A DNA stretch of 64,000 bases from Raillietiella orientalis (lineage: Eukaryota), in assembly GCA_036172245.1 (NCBI GenBank), contig JAYWIR010000060.1, positions 372,001 through 436,000 on the forward strand, written 5' to 3'. The position numbers were made by a program, and so were the translations under genes. Of the stretch, positions 62,212-64,000 are shown piece by piece. Position 1 is the stretch's first letter, and each line of letters starts with the position of its first letter. The notes beneath the pieces are model-generated. The model did no database searches. It had not been told where the DNA came from and saw only the letters and a list, made by a program, of their open reading frames with translations.

Positions 62212-64000
62212 CGAGAAAGAAAAAAAGGAACAACAACAAAAAAAAAAAAAAAAAAACACATTCCAGATGAGTTGTGCACACTCATTTAATGCACAATTAC
62301 ATAACGGAACATTCATTTCCTTAGGCATTGCATGCACGCATAAGTACTTCAGTTTTTGAGAGAAGAAGTAAAAGGGGACCAAAGGGCACAAAAGAAGCGA
62401 AAGGACCACCAACAACAACAAACATATAGAAGGGTGAGAAGAGAGAATTGTGTCTACGACTTACTAAAAGCTGAGACGACATATCGGAAAATATGCCACA
62501 CAAATACAAATTTCATTGGCATGTTGAGAAAACTTCAAGCAAAACAAAACGGGAAAAAAAAAAAAAAAAAAAAAAAAAACGTATAAGTAACGTATAAGTC
62601 TAAAATTTCCAATGTTTGTTTTACTTTTATAATCATAATCCGCTACAGTCACTGTATCAACTATGTTAGCGTTCGGCTTTTCCTGAAACAAAAAAAAAAA
62701 AAAAAACATGAAAAAATGACGAAATGAAAGCAAATTTCATTTTAATGTAGTTAACATGCATTGAATTATTTTCACCTTCCATTTCCCGATTTCGGAAACT
62801 GGACTCTTGCAAGTCCTTGCTGCTGACGTCACGTATACAGTTCTACTACTACTTTGCGATCGCAGAACTGCCAACGGGGAAAGATAAAAAAAAAAAGGGG
62901 GGGGGGGATAGAGGTCTTAATTTGCTCGGAAACTGTGCTGCTGAAGAGTACCACTTTGTTTACTTTGAACCCGTCGTTTCCCGGATTTGCAGATTCTAAT
63001 TAAAATCTACTTCGTTTTTCCACACTTTCTACACGCTCGTTTGCTTTCACTTTCCGTACGCGCTCGCTCTTTGTGCTTGCCCGTGGTCACATCAACGTGC
63101 AATTAAATCCACGGTCAAATTATTTGATGTGATTCGAATCAATGTTCCTTCCTTCCTTCCTTCCTTTCCTTTCTTTTTTTTTTTTTCTTAAAAAGAAAAA
63201 AAAAAAAAAAGAGAGAAAAAGAAACAAATTTACGACGAGCGCCTGCATGAAAATAAAAGCAATTTGGCGAGGAAAGCAATTTCTCTTGATCACAGTGCTC
63301 TGCACAAAAAACGCTGCCATGGAAACGTCGCATCACCATCCATATTCCCCACGATGTTCCTATAGCAACCGTCATCCGATTCCCTCGAAGGACGGTGAGT
63401 ACACAAACTGCAAAGTCTTTAATGGGTTATGCGTGTTTTTCGACGGCGCAAGCAACCGGAAAAGTCGCCAAGGAAGACATGCAGAAACGGTTGCCGGGCG
63501 GGGGTGCTGCAGCTCGACTCGGGAGGGTCCACCCATCAGTGGAGCAACGCAACGGCGGGCCCACTCGGCCAGAAGAGAAGTGCAATCGGATGCACCGAAT
63601 TGCGGAAGTTACGACAGAACGGATCCGATGCGGAAGCGCAAAGAGTTTGGGGGAATTTTTCGAATGGCAAAGGCCCTACTCTGCTCCTACGACCGAGAAG
63701 ACACGCCGAAGGCGAATAGGCAAAAGGAAAGTGGGGGCAAAAAGCATGCACCTGCCGAAGGTAGAAAAGGGAATGCAGTGCCCAACTGCGCAGGCGCCAA
63801 CGCGTACGTACGGAAGGGCAGATCACGTCACCCATGGTACAGACGGTGAAACCAAGGAAACCGAAAGCAGGAGAAACCTGTGCGGAAGCAAATCGGCGCG
63901 TTAATTGGGCATGGCGCAAAAACATGAGTCGAGTTACGGCCATCTTGCAGTTCTCGGAGGTTATTATAAAACTATTCGGGAAGAAAAAGTTCCCAATGTT

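Overview
Eukaryotic (invertebrate, ecdysozoan-like) genomic DNA with compact genes and mostly 40-100 nt spliceosomal introns. No prokaryotic, CRISPR or rRNA features were seen. Well-supported genes: a myosuppressin neuropeptide precursor (+, 4611-4965), a multi-exon acetyl-CoA carboxylase (-, 10322-19051, 5' end not located), the splicing factor RED/IK (-, 33367-35353) and a Fe65/APBB WW-PTB-PTB adaptor (-, 42461-~44820). Less certain: a two-exon secreted Cys-rich, possibly cystatin-fold protein (+, 6733-8994), a DUF4592/CRACD-like gene (-, 52769-53865 plus possible upstream exons) and an unidentified spliced gene (-, ~47277-48730). The window alternates between GC-rich and AT-rich domains. 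The most interesting unexplained structure is a three-copy dispersed element (22291, 26611, 48653) made of a conserved ~55-nt head plus an array of degenerate ~42-nt units. Also notable are a GC-AG intron and an in-frame, tract-less intron next to the biotin lysine of ACC, an operon-like junction downstream of RED, a solo pogo/Tigger-type transposon end and a tRNA-like fragment. Most long ORFs in the GC-rich parts are judged spurious. All homology calls are from motif recognition by eye; no searches were run.
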